From Paraspadella gotoi (lineage: Eukaryota; Animalia; Chaetognatha): a DNA stretch of 64,000 bases. The notes beneath the pieces are model-generated. The model did no database searches. It was given only the letters and a program-made list of their open reading frames with translations, and was not told the DNA's origin. The first letter of the stretch is position 1. Every line of letters begins with the position of its first letter. The position numbers were made by a program, and so were the translations under genes. Shown here in pieces: positions 40,401 to 52,400 of the stretch. The stretch spans positions 4,710,421 to 4,774,420 of the forward strand of contig CM119265.1 of assembly GCA_051294375.1 (NCBI GenBank), written 5' to 3'.

Positions 40401-40718
40401 GAGACTGGGAGAGAAAGATAGAGAAGAGGCCCTCTTGTTTTTCCATCAAGCTCTTCCCTCTTTTTTTTCTCTCTTCTCCCTTGCAAGTCGCGGAATCGAA
40501 TTGCCTAAATTGCTGACTGCTCTGATCTGCTCTCTCTCTCTCTCTGTCTCTCTCTCTCTCTCCCTCTCTCTCTCTTCTCTCCTCCTCCTCTCTCTCTCTC
40601 TCTCTCTCTCATCACTCGCTTTCATCTCGCTCCCAAGAGGCCTCAGGGCTTCACGCCAAAGCAGACCTCGTCCTCAATTGTTGCTGTCAGAAAGACATTC
40701 TAATGGAACGACGTATTT

Positions 40719-40754
<36 letters not shown>

Positions 40755-40785
40755 ATCTCTCTCTTCTGGCTCCGAACCACGGTGC

Positions 40786-41126
40786 CACGTGCAGCCCATC
40801 CCCTTTTCGTGGTTGCCATGGCACCCATCGTACAAATTGATTCACCTGTGGTTCTCGATGAATTCACTCTGATGTCGTCGTCGTCATCGTCGTCGTATTC
40901 AACGCACGACATAATTTCCCTTTCGATCACCAATGACGTCATGTGATCTCACCTTTTTTTATTCGTTTTATTTCTTTCTCGGTTCCATCGCATCATTTTC
41001 CACTTCCGCAATTTTTTCCTGCATGACACGCCCCAACTCCACGATTTCACCGCGCCATTTCCCGGTTCGCGATGCCATCGTCCGTTATGCGCCGATTAGA
41101 AGTGACGACGCCGTGGATGGGCGGGG
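40786..41126. promoter_or_regulatory. Candidate cis-regulatory motif cluster
   Basis: CACGTG (40786), X-box-like GTTGCCATGGCACC (40812), CRE TGACGTCA (40934) overlapping TCATGTGA, GC box GGGCGGGG (41119); also present in copy C (~56150-56480). Motif matches only. Confidence 0.3.
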
Positions 41127-41763
41127 AAAGGGGCGCGGAAGGGGGGGGGGCGAAAGAAACCGGCGTCGGCGGCGCGAGATAAGAATGTGGAACGAGTCCA
41201 TTCTTCACCACGCGGTCGTTAGAGGACGCTTGCCGTTGTGCTTGGATCTCTGCTTGGGTCTCTGCTTGCCTTTCTTATTTAACATTCAGCTCGCCTTTGT
41301 ACTGGTGTTTGAGTTTTAGCGGAAAATTAAGATTTTTAGCCTTGAAATACTTTTTTGTAAATATTTTTTTTCTCCTATCTTCTCTTCTTTTCTTTCTCTC
41401 TATTCAAATCTTTTGTTTTCATTTCTCTCTCTCCCTCTCTATCCTTCCTTCTTATCATTATTAAGAGCGGAAAGAATAAACTTCGACAATTGTTTACTCT
41501 CTCACATTATTATTCGAATATTGTTGAAGAATATTTTTTTTCTAAAAATACATTCTTCTCTAGACCTTTCTTTTTTCCCTTTTTCTTTTTTTTTTTTCTT
41601 TTAAAATTATTATCGGAAAAAACTCTCGAAAATTTGAGGCCTCTCGAAAAACAAAAAAAATCGGTTAGAGTCCCTTGAAATCGCTGATAAAGCATGAAAG
41701 ACTCGAGAGCCGTTTTTCTCTTCGTCTTGACAAACGATTATCATTGATTTCTGTGTAGTAGGA

Positions 41764-41823
<60 letters not shown>

Positions 41824-42199
41824 CCCCTCACTCACTCTCTCTCTCTCTCTGCCTTGTTTCCATAGGAGTGGATCTTTTAATACGTGTGTTATTCGTTGCT
41901 TTGGTTTATTGATTTCCAAGTTCCCGCCATTTTAGGCAAAAAATGAAGACTTGTTACAATCTGGTCTTCGGTCTTTGAAATGGTGTAAAGTTCTCTCTCT
42001 TTTTCATCTTTTACCTCTCTCTCTTCTCTCTCGTCTTCTCTCTCCTCTCTCTCTCTCTCTCTGATGTACGAAATTAATGTTCGCGAAACCCTTCGCTCTG
42101 TCCCCCTCTCGCTTCCAAAGCCCAACGTTTCCGCGAGGAAATGATTCGCCTACCAGATTCCGGCCGAAGATTGGTTCTAACTGAAGAAGATTCCGCAGC

Positions 42200-42633
42200 G
42201 CGGTTTTCTTCTCGCTGGCGGCGGCCGGGGGTCGCCGGATGCTGGCGGAGTCGCGAGCGGCGCTCGTTATGGGGCGACGTGCGGGCATCCGGAGAGGAAG
42301 GGAAAGGGAGAAAGAAAAATGAGCCGGAAAAGGCGAGAGGGAAACGCGCCTCCGTCCACCGGAGAGAAAATGGCGAAGAAGAAGAAGAGAAAAAAAAAGG
42401 AAGGAAACCGTTTTTCTTTTTTATATTTTTTTTTCCCTTTCGGCGCCATCGACGCCGACGGCGGCGTCCGCCTACATTGCGCCGGCGTCATTCTGCGCCA
42501 TCTTCCCTCCGGAAACGACGCCCGGCGACGCCGATTGGCGACGTCATCGCGATCTTGCATCCTGTCGCTCGCACGCGCGACGCCTGGGGAGGGAGCGAGC
42601 GAAAGAGAGAAATATGACCTTTCCCGCCGCGAG
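42200..42633 (+). promoter_or_regulatory. CpG-rich candidate promoter
   Basis: GC/CpG-rich stretch with YY1-like AAAATGGCG (42367), reverse CCAAT (ATTGG, 42534) next to GACGTCA (42540), and E2F-like TTTCCCGC (42620) just before gagATGGCGG. Confidence 0.3.
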
Positions 42634-42838
42634 ATGGCGGTTATGTTGTCGTCTTCGTCGTCGTTCCCGCGCGTCTGTCTCCGTACCAGTCTCGTCTGTC
42701 AAAACCCAACTGTCATCGACTTTTGGTCTCCGTCTCTTCCTCGAAAACCCCTCGGCTCTCGGACGACGTTGATCCGCCCAAAACGGCGAGGTTCATCATC
42801 GTCCTCCGGGTTCTTTTCAGGGTCGCTTTACCCCGAGG
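42634..42838 (+). CDS. Candidate first exon of an unknown gene
   Basis: gagATGG start (MAVMLSSSSSFP...) and consensus donor G|GTAAGT at 42839-42844, retained in copy C (~58192). Frame uncertain due to indels; an 18-nt microexon (ttttcag|42821-42838|gtaagt) is an alternative reading. Confidence 0.25.
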
Positions 42839-43101
42839 GTAAGTCTGAGGCTCCTGAGACTCTCGCACGCCATCTGTTGTTGTTCCTAAACGTTTATGGA
42901 TTTCGCAAGTTGGAAGATCTCGTATCCCACGTGGTTCTCGGATGTTGTTTTAACTGGTTGCGTATTTTACTGAATTGGCCACTAGCCAAAAAAAAAATGT
43001 TTATGGCCAATGACCCTCGAATGTTTTTACCGTTCTCTTGTTGTGATAATAACCTAATGTTGAGGATGTAGCCTCACCTCTACTAATCTCGTCTACCTTA
43101 A

Positions 43102-43921
43102 GAAAAAGGGTCATTCAATTCAACTTCAACAATAGGCCAAAATGGAGTACCAAATTCAGAAAGCTGAGCTCCCTGCGATTCCGAACAATGTATTCACTTT
43201 AAACATTGATGCATTCTACCCCATTTTATATCGTTTTAATTATAATATAAAATAAAAGAAACCTATCTGAAGAGTTTGCAGGTCAAACGAAAAGCCAATC
43301 CATCTGATATTTTTTATGAATTTTTTTATTACTGAATAAAAAAATGTAATAGAGAGACATTTTTAAATTTCACTTGTATCCTTGAAAATGAAACGTTTTA
43401 AAACTTTAACCCTGATTCTTTCTAACTGGAACGCGTTTATCAAAATGTCTCTCTATTACATTTTTACAAATGTTTTTAAGATTGCTAATCAAATTTTTAA
43501 TTCAATATTACTTGAAGTCGTCTAGGCTGCAACTCTTCAAATTCAGTGTAGATTCATTGTAGCTCGAGATTTCTTTACCATTCTATTTAACTGAAGATTT
43601 TGTTCATGACTGGAAACCAAGAGAGTACGAAAGATTAATTGTTTAATTCTCCCCTTCTAAAAACTAACCCATACCGTGTTTTAACTTCTTACCTATATTT
43701 TTTAACAAACAGATTGAAAACAAATCTTTAAAAAATGTGCTTACCCATTCAACTTAAAATTTTGTTATTTACCGATTTCAAAAAAAATATTTAAAACACA
43801 ATGTTGACATATAAATGAAAACTTTTTTTTTGGTGACTTTACTGGTGATAACGATGTAATTCTCGATGTATAGCTCTAATACATCAATGATTAGTATTGT
43901 TATGCTGAATGACCTTTCCTC
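43102..43921. mobile_element. 820 bp non-autonomous DNA transposon with TTAA target duplication, Kolobok-like termini
   Basis: TTAA at 43098-43101 and 43922-43925; empty site ctacc-TTAA-cttac in copy C (58452-58455); TIRs gaaaaagggtcattca vs reverse complement gaggaaaggtcattca (13/16); 5'-GA...TC-3' termini; no long ORF. Confidence 0.85.
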
Positions 43922-44481
43922 TTAACTTACTTTGTCAATTTTAGCTCAACCTCGCTCTCTCAAAACAATGGGATTCTGTAATTTTGGGTTTTTAATCTCG
44001 GACAGAGTGACGGGTTAAATCCTCCCGGTTTGTGTACGAACAAGAGAAGGTGAAACGAAAGCCGATTTCAATCCTCGACATTTTCTTTGGCTTTTCTTCT
44101 TTCCTTTAATCGAGCCCTGTTTTCCCTTTATTTTCCTTTATTTTCCTTTTTTTCTTTTCCTTTGCTTTTTGTAGCTCGACGGAATCCGGAGTTTCGTCGA
44201 GTAAAATCTCATGATGTCGTTGATTTGTTGTCGTCGTTGAGAGAGATGAGAGAGAGAGAGAAGAGAGAGTCCCACGGCTTTTGTTTGTTTTCGCGTCCTC
44301 TTCCCTTCTCTCCCTTTTTTTTTGGAGGCCTCTCTCCTCTCCTTTCATTTCCGTCTAATTCTCTTTGTCTCTTTCTCTCTCTCCCCTGCTTGTAAAATAC
44401 TGTACCTCGACTATATTTTATACTGAATCCATTCTCTCTCCGGTTTATTCGTCCCTCGTGGTGCCGCTTAAAATTTTTATT

Positions 44482-44551
<70 letters not shown>

Positions 44552-45072
44552 ATCATCGCTTCATTCACGGATCTCGTATGTCGCGAATACGGCCCTCCTG
44601 TTTTCTGTTTCTTCTTCGTTCATTATGTCGGAAATGGAAGAGGTTTGTGGGCGGAGATGAACCTTCATTCCAAACCTCAATTTCCTTATCTCTCTCTCTC
44701 TCTCTCTCTCTCCCTCTCTCTCTCCTCTCTTTCTCCTCTCTCCTCTTCTCTCTCTCGGGGTCGTCTCTCTTCGCTCTCGGGGGGCGCTTCTGGTTAAATC
44801 GCACGCCGAAAAAATCAGCTACCATAAGGTTTTTTTGTTTTCGTCTAAAACTTTGCCGATTCGACGGTCGATTCCATCCTGGCATCCAGGTCGGCTTCGC
44901 CGGGACGGTCTCTACTTTCTCCGCCGCAGGCTCCTCTTTGTTTCCTAAAGGTCCCCCCCCGTCCTTACCGCGGTTTCCATCTTAATTTCCCGCCCTTGTT
45001 TGGACTCAAAACAAAAGGAAAACGAAAGAGAGAAAGAGGAAAACACTTTTCCCCCCTTTTTTCTCTTTTCAG

Positions 45073-45113
45073 ATCGCAAAAGGTCGAAAACTGGATGAGA
45101 TTTTTGACCGAAG
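45073..45113 (+). CDS. Candidate small internal exon
   Basis: Long polypyrimidine tract ending ttttcAG at 45072, followed by 41 nt identical in copy C (63851-63891), possible donor AAG|GTGAAG. Product unknown. Confidence 0.2.
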
Positions 45114-46219
45114 GTGAAGGGTCAACGCCTAAGCCTACACTGCCTTCCGTCGCTAAAGGCCGTTAGTCGAAAGAGGCTTCGAGCACCATCATCGCTGTCG
45201 TCTCATCATCATCATCATTACCGCACCATCGTCCGTCCTTTATCTCCAAAGTGACTCCCTTCCCTCTCGATCCTCTTCTCCCTTTTCCCCAGGCGCTCTC
45301 TTTTTTTTTTTCCGATCTTTCAAAAATATAACGAAGGGCGAAATTAACATAAGAATTTATCTCTCAAACCGTTTCCTGTTTTTTCCGAGCGAAGAGAAAT
45401 GTATTCCAAAACAAAATGTAAACAACGGCGTCGTCATCGTCATTCGTTTTAGTAATTTCTCAAAGGGAAAGAACGAAAACATTTCTTCACCGAGTTATTA
45501 TAGCTCCATTTCTCTTGTCAAAACAAGGCGCGAGTAAGGATAAAGATTATATTCGAATAAAAAAAAAAAAACGTCTGTATTCTACAGTTAAACTCGTATA
45601 AAAAAAAATAGAACAAGGAACTAAGCTTAAACGTTCGATTATTTTTTTTTTATGACAATCCTAGATGTCGTTTCGGGAAGTTTCTCTTTTTCTTACCTTT
45701 GGAGTTTTGCAAAAGAGTAGAAGAAAAACTGGAGTGGGAAAAAGCAATACGAAAGAGATGCGGTGTCAATTATTTAGAGATAGATATAAAATATAGCAAT
45801 GTAAGAACATTAATGCTATAAAATATATTCAAGACCAAATCACTATAATGACTTTTTATGACCGAATAACCTAACAATTAAATTCTCCCAAAAAGTTAAA
45901 ACGATTGCATCACCGCATCCACATAAAAATTGCGACATATGTGTTCCCTCCGCGATTTTTTTGCTTCATGCGTTCGCGGAATAAAAGCGATAAATAATAA
46001 AAAGGCCATAAATCCTTTATTCTGTTTCCTTCCATTCACGCGATGACGTTCGGTTCCTTGGGTCTATTTTAACCCCAAGAGAACCCGGGCCGATGGCACC
46101 TCGGGGTATGGCGATGAAACCGGGTACGGTAGGGCTCTTGGGCGCTGAGTCCATGGGGGACGCTGGCGCCGTCGCGGTCAAAGTTGGACCCGGGNNNNNN
46201 NNNNNNNNNNNNNNNNNNN

Positions 46220-49200
46220 AAAAAAAGAACGAGGGTCCGTGTTGTGAGCGAAAAATACAATCGTTCACTCGAAAACGTCATCATTCATTCTTTCACACCT
46301 CTGAGGATTACGATTCGCCGCACACCAAAAAAAATGGGAAAACATTGCGAAGTTTCGTACTCACGAATAGGCTTCGGTATTAAAAGAAACCAAAGAAGAA
46401 AATGAGAAGTTGTGGTGTAGAAAATATGACGCAGTTGCGAGGCAACGCCGACTTCTCATCTCCTCCGAATGGCTTTCCCATCTCTTCTCGCGTCTCCTCT
46501 CCCACCTCCACACCCCCCATCGCTTTGCCCCATCGAGTTATGCGGTAGTGATAACTTTCGTCTCGCTCAAGAAAAAAAAAATTCCCCGGTTGTGTTTTCT
46601 TTTCTCAATTCGCGGAGCAGCGTCAAAAAATATCGAAGCTCGTCCCGACGCGGGTGGCTCTTTCGACCTTTGGCGTCCGTGGCGTCTACGCCTGTTTCTC
46701 ACTCCCCCTTCCTTCCCTTTTTCTCGTCCCTCTGCTCTTTCCTTTTTCCCCTTTCCTTTCTTCCCTCCTTCCTTTTTTTCTCACTCCCCCTTCCTTCCCT
46801 TTTTCTCGTCCCTCTCCCCTTTCCTTTTTCCCTTCCTTTCTTCCTTCCTTTCTTCCTTCCTTTTTTTTCACGACTCCCCCTCCTTCCTTTCTCGTCCCTC
46901 TCCCCTTTCCTTTTTCCCCTTTCCTTTCATCCCTCCTCCTTTTTTTCTCACTCCCCTTCCTTCCCTTTTTCTCGTCCTCTGCTCTTTCCTTTTTCCCCCT
47001 TTCCTTTCTTCCCTCCTTCCTTTTTTTCTCACTCCCCCTTCCTTCCCTTTTTCTCGTCCCTCTGCCTTTCTTTTTCCCCTTCCTTTCTTCCTCCTTCTTT
47101 TTTTCTCACTCCCCCTTCCTTCCCTTTTTCTCGTCCCTCTGCTCTTCCTTTTCCCTTCCTTCTTCCTTCCTTCCTTTTTTTCTCACTCGCCAGCCCTCCC
47201 TTTTTCTTCGTCCCTCTTCCCTTTCCTCTTTTCCTTTTCCTTTCTTCCTTCCTTTCGTTCCTTCCTTTTTTTTGCTTCTGTTTTCACTCTTCCAATTCAA
47301 GGTTTTTTTTCTCTCTCTCTCTCCTCATCTCTCTCTCTCTCTCTCTTCCTCTCTCTCTCTCTTCTCTTCTCTCTCTCTCTCTCTTCTCTCTCTTCTGCTC
47401 TTGTATTTCCCTGTGATCATCACTCCTTTTAAAAAAAAGAAGGTGGTCCATAAAATTCACCCCCCACTTTTTGAAAGGGGGTTGTTCCTAAGCCCCTCAG
47501 TTTCAAGGGGGTGGTCTCTCTATGTCTCTCGAAAAGTGAACGGAACTCGCGAGATCGATACCCTGGTGAAACTATTTTTTTTTCTTTCACTGAGAAAAAG
47601 TTTGTTTTCTCTCTCTCGCTCTCTATCTTTTTTGGGGTTCCTTGTTTGTCTCTGTCTCAATATATTTTGTTTTACTTTCTCCTGTTTTCTTTCCGAATAA
47701 ATATCCCTCCTGAAAATAAGGAAAGAAATCCTCTTGATTCTCTCAAGAAAGAAACGTTCAATAGTGAAAAGCGAAAAAAGAAAAAAAAAACAAGTCAATC
47801 CAAAAAAAGAAGTTAAAATATAAACATAAAGAAAGATCAACGAAAAAGGGTTTCCAAAGGTCTTAGTTCAACTTTTCTGGTTCAAGTTTCACCGATGTTA
47901 GTTAATTTTAATTCAGAGGCTCCTTTGTTTGTTTTCGTTTTAATAAATCATCTTTTTTTTTGTAAAAATAACGATTGATGTGATGAGAAAAAAAAAAAGA
48001 ATTGAAAGAATTATTTAAAGATAGAGAAGCAACATAAGATATAACGAGATTGAGAGCGAGAGGGAAGAAATCGGAATAAAAAAACTCAACCGAGAAACGT
48101 TTTCTTCATTTCGAATTCATGAACACTAAAATATTTCGTTCGGACAAAATCGTAAATAATTTATTCTATTTACGACTTTTACCTTTGATACAACTCGTAA
48201 ACAAGCGAAATGTTCTTGGGGTTGTACGTCTGTACGTTTGCCATTTGTTCTACGTTTTTCTTTCTTTTTCTTTCTCACGCACACATTCATCTACCATCGT
48301 CCGATCGCCAAAAAAAAAAAAAAAATTTTTCTTCAGTATTTTTCAGATTCATTCAAAACAAAATAAATTTTAAGCTCAAAGTTCGATTAATCTCGTTTTA
48401 GTTAAAGAAGCCTTAAATTTATCTAATAAAAAAAATCATAATCTTTTTCACCTTTTTTGTCACCTTATTTTTTTTCTCTTCTTCCCTTCACCCTTCCTGT
48501 TTTTTTCCCCCCATTTTTTACTCCTTTGTCGAGCTAGTTAATGAATTAAATCAATATCGGGCGGCAGGTGGCTATCCCCTTTAGAGACGCTTCGTCCCTT
48601 CGAAAAGAATCAAACGGTCCGTCATTTGAGAACCAACTCGACTATAAACTTTGCATCCGATTCTCTTTTTTTAGTTTTTTTCAACAAAAAAAAAGGTTTT
48701 TCTTTTTCTCGTTTCCTTCGTCGCGCCATTGTTCTTTTTGAGTTGTTTTTTTTTTTTGCTTGTTTCTTTTTCGTGAAACGTTTTGTCTCATGCGAGAGAG
48801 AAAAAGAACTCTGGGGGATCCTATTTTCTTTTCTTCTTATTTATTTCTCACAGTGTCTGTCAGATTTTTTTTTTTTTTTTTTNNNNNNNNNNNNNNNNNN
48901 NNNNNNNNNNNNNNNNNNNNNNNNNNNNNNNNNNNNNNNNNNNNNNNNNNNNNNNNNNNNNNNNNNNNNNNNNNNNNNNNNNNNNNNNNNNNNNNNNNNN
49001 NATCGCCCATCCGGAATTGGGTATTTCTTTCTTTCTTTTTGTTTTTTTTTTCATTCATTCTTTTTTTCTTTCTATTGTATATTATCCTTCCATCTCTCGC
49101 GCTTTCTTTTCTTTTTTCATCTTATTAGATAACAACACAATTTTTTTTCTTTTTCTAATTACTCTTGTTACAGATGTTATCTCGTCTCTAATCAGCGTCG

Positions 49201-49423
49201 ACGTCAATTAAAATGTTTTTTTTTTTCGTTTCGTCTTTTCCTCCGTTAGGCTAAGCTTTTTTTTCTTATGAAAATGTTGAATCTTTCTCTCTCTCACTCT
49301 CCTGTTTTCTCTCCCTTCCTCCATTCTCTCTCTCCCTCCCTCTCTATCTCGTCTTTATCTCATTCACGGGGCGCATAACTGTTGCAGCCTTGTCCCTCAG
49401 TTATTTAACTGATGAACCCCCCC
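46220..49423 (+). repeat. Copy B: third copy of 36406-39486
   Basis: Starts at a 25-N gap with aaaaaaagaacgagggtccg and is collinear to gatgaacccccc; includes the ~80 bp minisatellite at ~46695-47270. Confidence 0.95.
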
Positions 49424-52400
49424 AGGGAAGATTAAAAGGCTTGACAAGAGTCGCGTGCCACCTGCGTCGAATCCAAATTATTACCAGGGAGATTTTGTCG
49501 TTCGCGTGCCTCTTTCGCTCTTCGGTCAAAAACCTCCTATCATCATAAATGAATCATGCGTCTGGTGACATCATCGTCGACGATCAAGGGTTTCGACAGC
49601 GGATGCCATCATCAGTCCGATAACCATCGGGCAGAATCCTGACCATTGCAATTGCACTTTGCAGCCGATGGACGCAGTGCTATTTTGTTTCCAATTTTCG
49701 CAAAATGCTTCGCGTGCAATGTTTGTCGCACTTGACTTCCGCCTCGTGAAACCCAATTATAAAAATGCACTCGCGGATTGCGTCTACAGATCGTCCAGTT
49801 TTAATTACCAGCGTCGTGTCGTCAGTCGTAGTCGTCATTCATCGTCGTTGATTGTCATTTATCGATATTCCCCGCAACAATTTACATTAGCGATGAAAAC
49901 CGTATGGCGCGTTCCGACGGCAAGAATAAAACAAAAGGACAAGAAAGATAAGGGAGACGAAATCGAAAAGAAAACTGAGACTAATTCTTAACATGAAAAT
50001 ATGTTCTTATTCTTTAAATGTTTTTGGGTTGTCTTTTTTTTTCCTGTGAGATATCTTTCTCCTGTAAAATTGTTATCAAAAAAGATAACTAGATGAGTAA
50101 ATGGGAAAAAAAAAAATAGCTCCGTCATTTGAGGGCTAGTTGCTGGTTCCCATTCTCATCCGCGCTCACACTCGGGATCTAGAATCAGTAATGTACCGAT
50201 TTCGATCCCCTTCCTTTCTCTATTTATGTTTTCTTTCCTTTTTTTTTTTTTCTTTTTTTCCGTCTTTTTCCAATTCTTTCTCCTCCACACAAATTTTTTT
50301 TTTCTTCCTTTTCTCTCTCGTGCCGATAGAGAACGACGACGACGATATTTTCGACGGAACGCTGCGACGACGACGACGAAATCCGAGGAGGAGGAGTCTC
50401 ACTGCCCTCTCCGTTTTCTTCTCTTCCTCCTCTTATTTACTTTTTAACGGGTTTCCGACTCTTCCACGCTCTTCCTCGCCATCGAGTTTCGACCGGCGAG
50501 TTTCGTGTTGTAATTTCTTGAATCCGAGCAAAAAAGCAAAAGGAAGAGAGAAAAAAATCGAGTGGCGATGAATGATTTTTCCTTTCCTATCGTTTTCCTA
50601 TCGATTTGCGTATTTTAAATTAAATACATTGGCGTTCTCGACTTTTCTCATTAACCAATTATTACCTCTTTTTCCTCTGTTTTTTCCCTTTTTTTCTCAA
50701 AATAGTGTTATATCTTTCGGATTTACAAACGGATACGTTAGCGTTCGAACACCGCCCAAACTTCCATGTTTTTCATTTCCCCCTAGCCTTAAATTTCGGC
50801 GCGCGATCAGATGAAAATTTAAAAAACCAAGCATTCGAATATTTTAAAAACTGGGGATTTTTAGAAATCAAAATAAAGAAAAACAGCTTGTTAATCTATG
50901 GACTTACACGACTTATACTATCTCTAATAGTCTCACCTCATTCGCCAACCTATCTCCCGTGAGCCGTCACCAATGTATTGATATGCTTCAAAGCAGCGAA
51001 CGTTTTTTCAATCAATTCACATTCTTAGTGAGATATTTTTTTTAAGATATTTCTCAACGCAACCCTTTTTATTCAAAAAAAAAAAAAAAAAAAAATTCAA
51101 TTCGAGAATTTTTAGCGTAAAAATAATTTCTCGGATCGGATCTTTAAAAACCGCAGCCCCGTGCCTATCGCTGTTCGCTGTTCTGTACAGTTTTCTGCCT
51201 TAGGAGAAAAATCTTCCCCGTTTGTTGCTACTTGTAAAGTACCCAGGATTGTACAATTTTCGGGATTTCGGAAACTGTTTCTACTTTTGAAAACTTAGCT
51301 TGGTACATCGTTTAACATGTGCAGCAAAGCAATGTTTGTGTGTTTTTGGCGACATATTGGGCGGGTTTTCGATCGATATCAATGTTCGTCGGTTAAGTTT
51401 GGCCGTCATTTCGTCTGTCATTTTCTCAAGGGTTGTAACACTCGTTTCCTGTTTTCGTAAACTGTGGCAACGCCGGCAGTGAGAAAATTGGCACTCGTCT
51501 CCTCTGGTGTCAATGCAGCTTTTAAATTCTTATTTTCATACGACTTCTTTTTTAAAAAATCTTTCATTTCGATCGCCTCCATATTAATCTTAATAAACCT
51601 AATCTCTAGATTACTAAGACTGTTGCTCCTGTTCTTCTTGGCAACTTCCAGCCTAATTGCAGCATGTATTTCTTTTCATATCTTTTCATAAGACCTGGTC
51701 GCCCTTCCCTTTTCTCCTTTGCCTTTTTCGTCATTTCGCCTGTGCCGATCTTTTACGCTCCGCCACATTGCGCCCCCGCGGCCAACTCTTCCTTCTCTCT
51801 CTACTCTCTCTCTCTCTCTCATCTCATCTCTCTCTCTCTCTGCTCTCCTAGTCTCTCTTCTCTCTCTCTCTCTCTGCCCTAAAACCTCCAAGGGAATTCA
51901 TCATTTTACGTCAGTTGAATTCGACTTGAAAAAAAAAGAACGAGGGTCCGGTGTGAGCCGAAAAATACAATCGTTCACTCGAAAACGTCATCATTCATTC
52001 TTCACACCTCTGAGGATTACGATTCGCCGCACACCAAAAAAAATGGGAAAACATTGCGAAGTTCGTACTCACGAATAGGCTTCGGTATTAAAAGAAACCA
52101 AAGAAGAAAATGAGAAGTTGTGGTGTAGAAAAATATGACGGCAGTTGCGAGCCAACGCCGACTTCTCAATCTCCTCCGAATGGCTTCGCATCTCTTCTCT
52201 GCGTCTCCTCTCCACCTCCACACCCCCATCGCTTTGCCCCATCGAGTTATGCGGTAGTGATAACTTTCGTCTCGCTCAAGAAAAAAAAATCCCCGGTTGT
52301 GTTTTCTTTTCTCATTCGCGGAGCAGCGTTCAAAAAATATCGGAAGCTCGTCCCGACGCGGGTGCTCTTTCGACCTTTGGCGTCCGTGCGTCTACGCCTG

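Larger units (their letters stand above)
32984..45215 (+). repeat. Copy A of large duplicated block (partner 49440-64000)
   Basis: Collinear with copy C from cttgacaagagtcgcgtgccacc onward; matching ORF pairs 36586/52110 and 36493/52017; differs by indels, the 34210-35310 insert and two TE insertions. Confidence 0.95.

Noticed and set aside
43102-43921. piggyBac assignment for the TTAA element
   Set aside because: Termini are GA...TC rather than the CC...GG typical of piggyBac.
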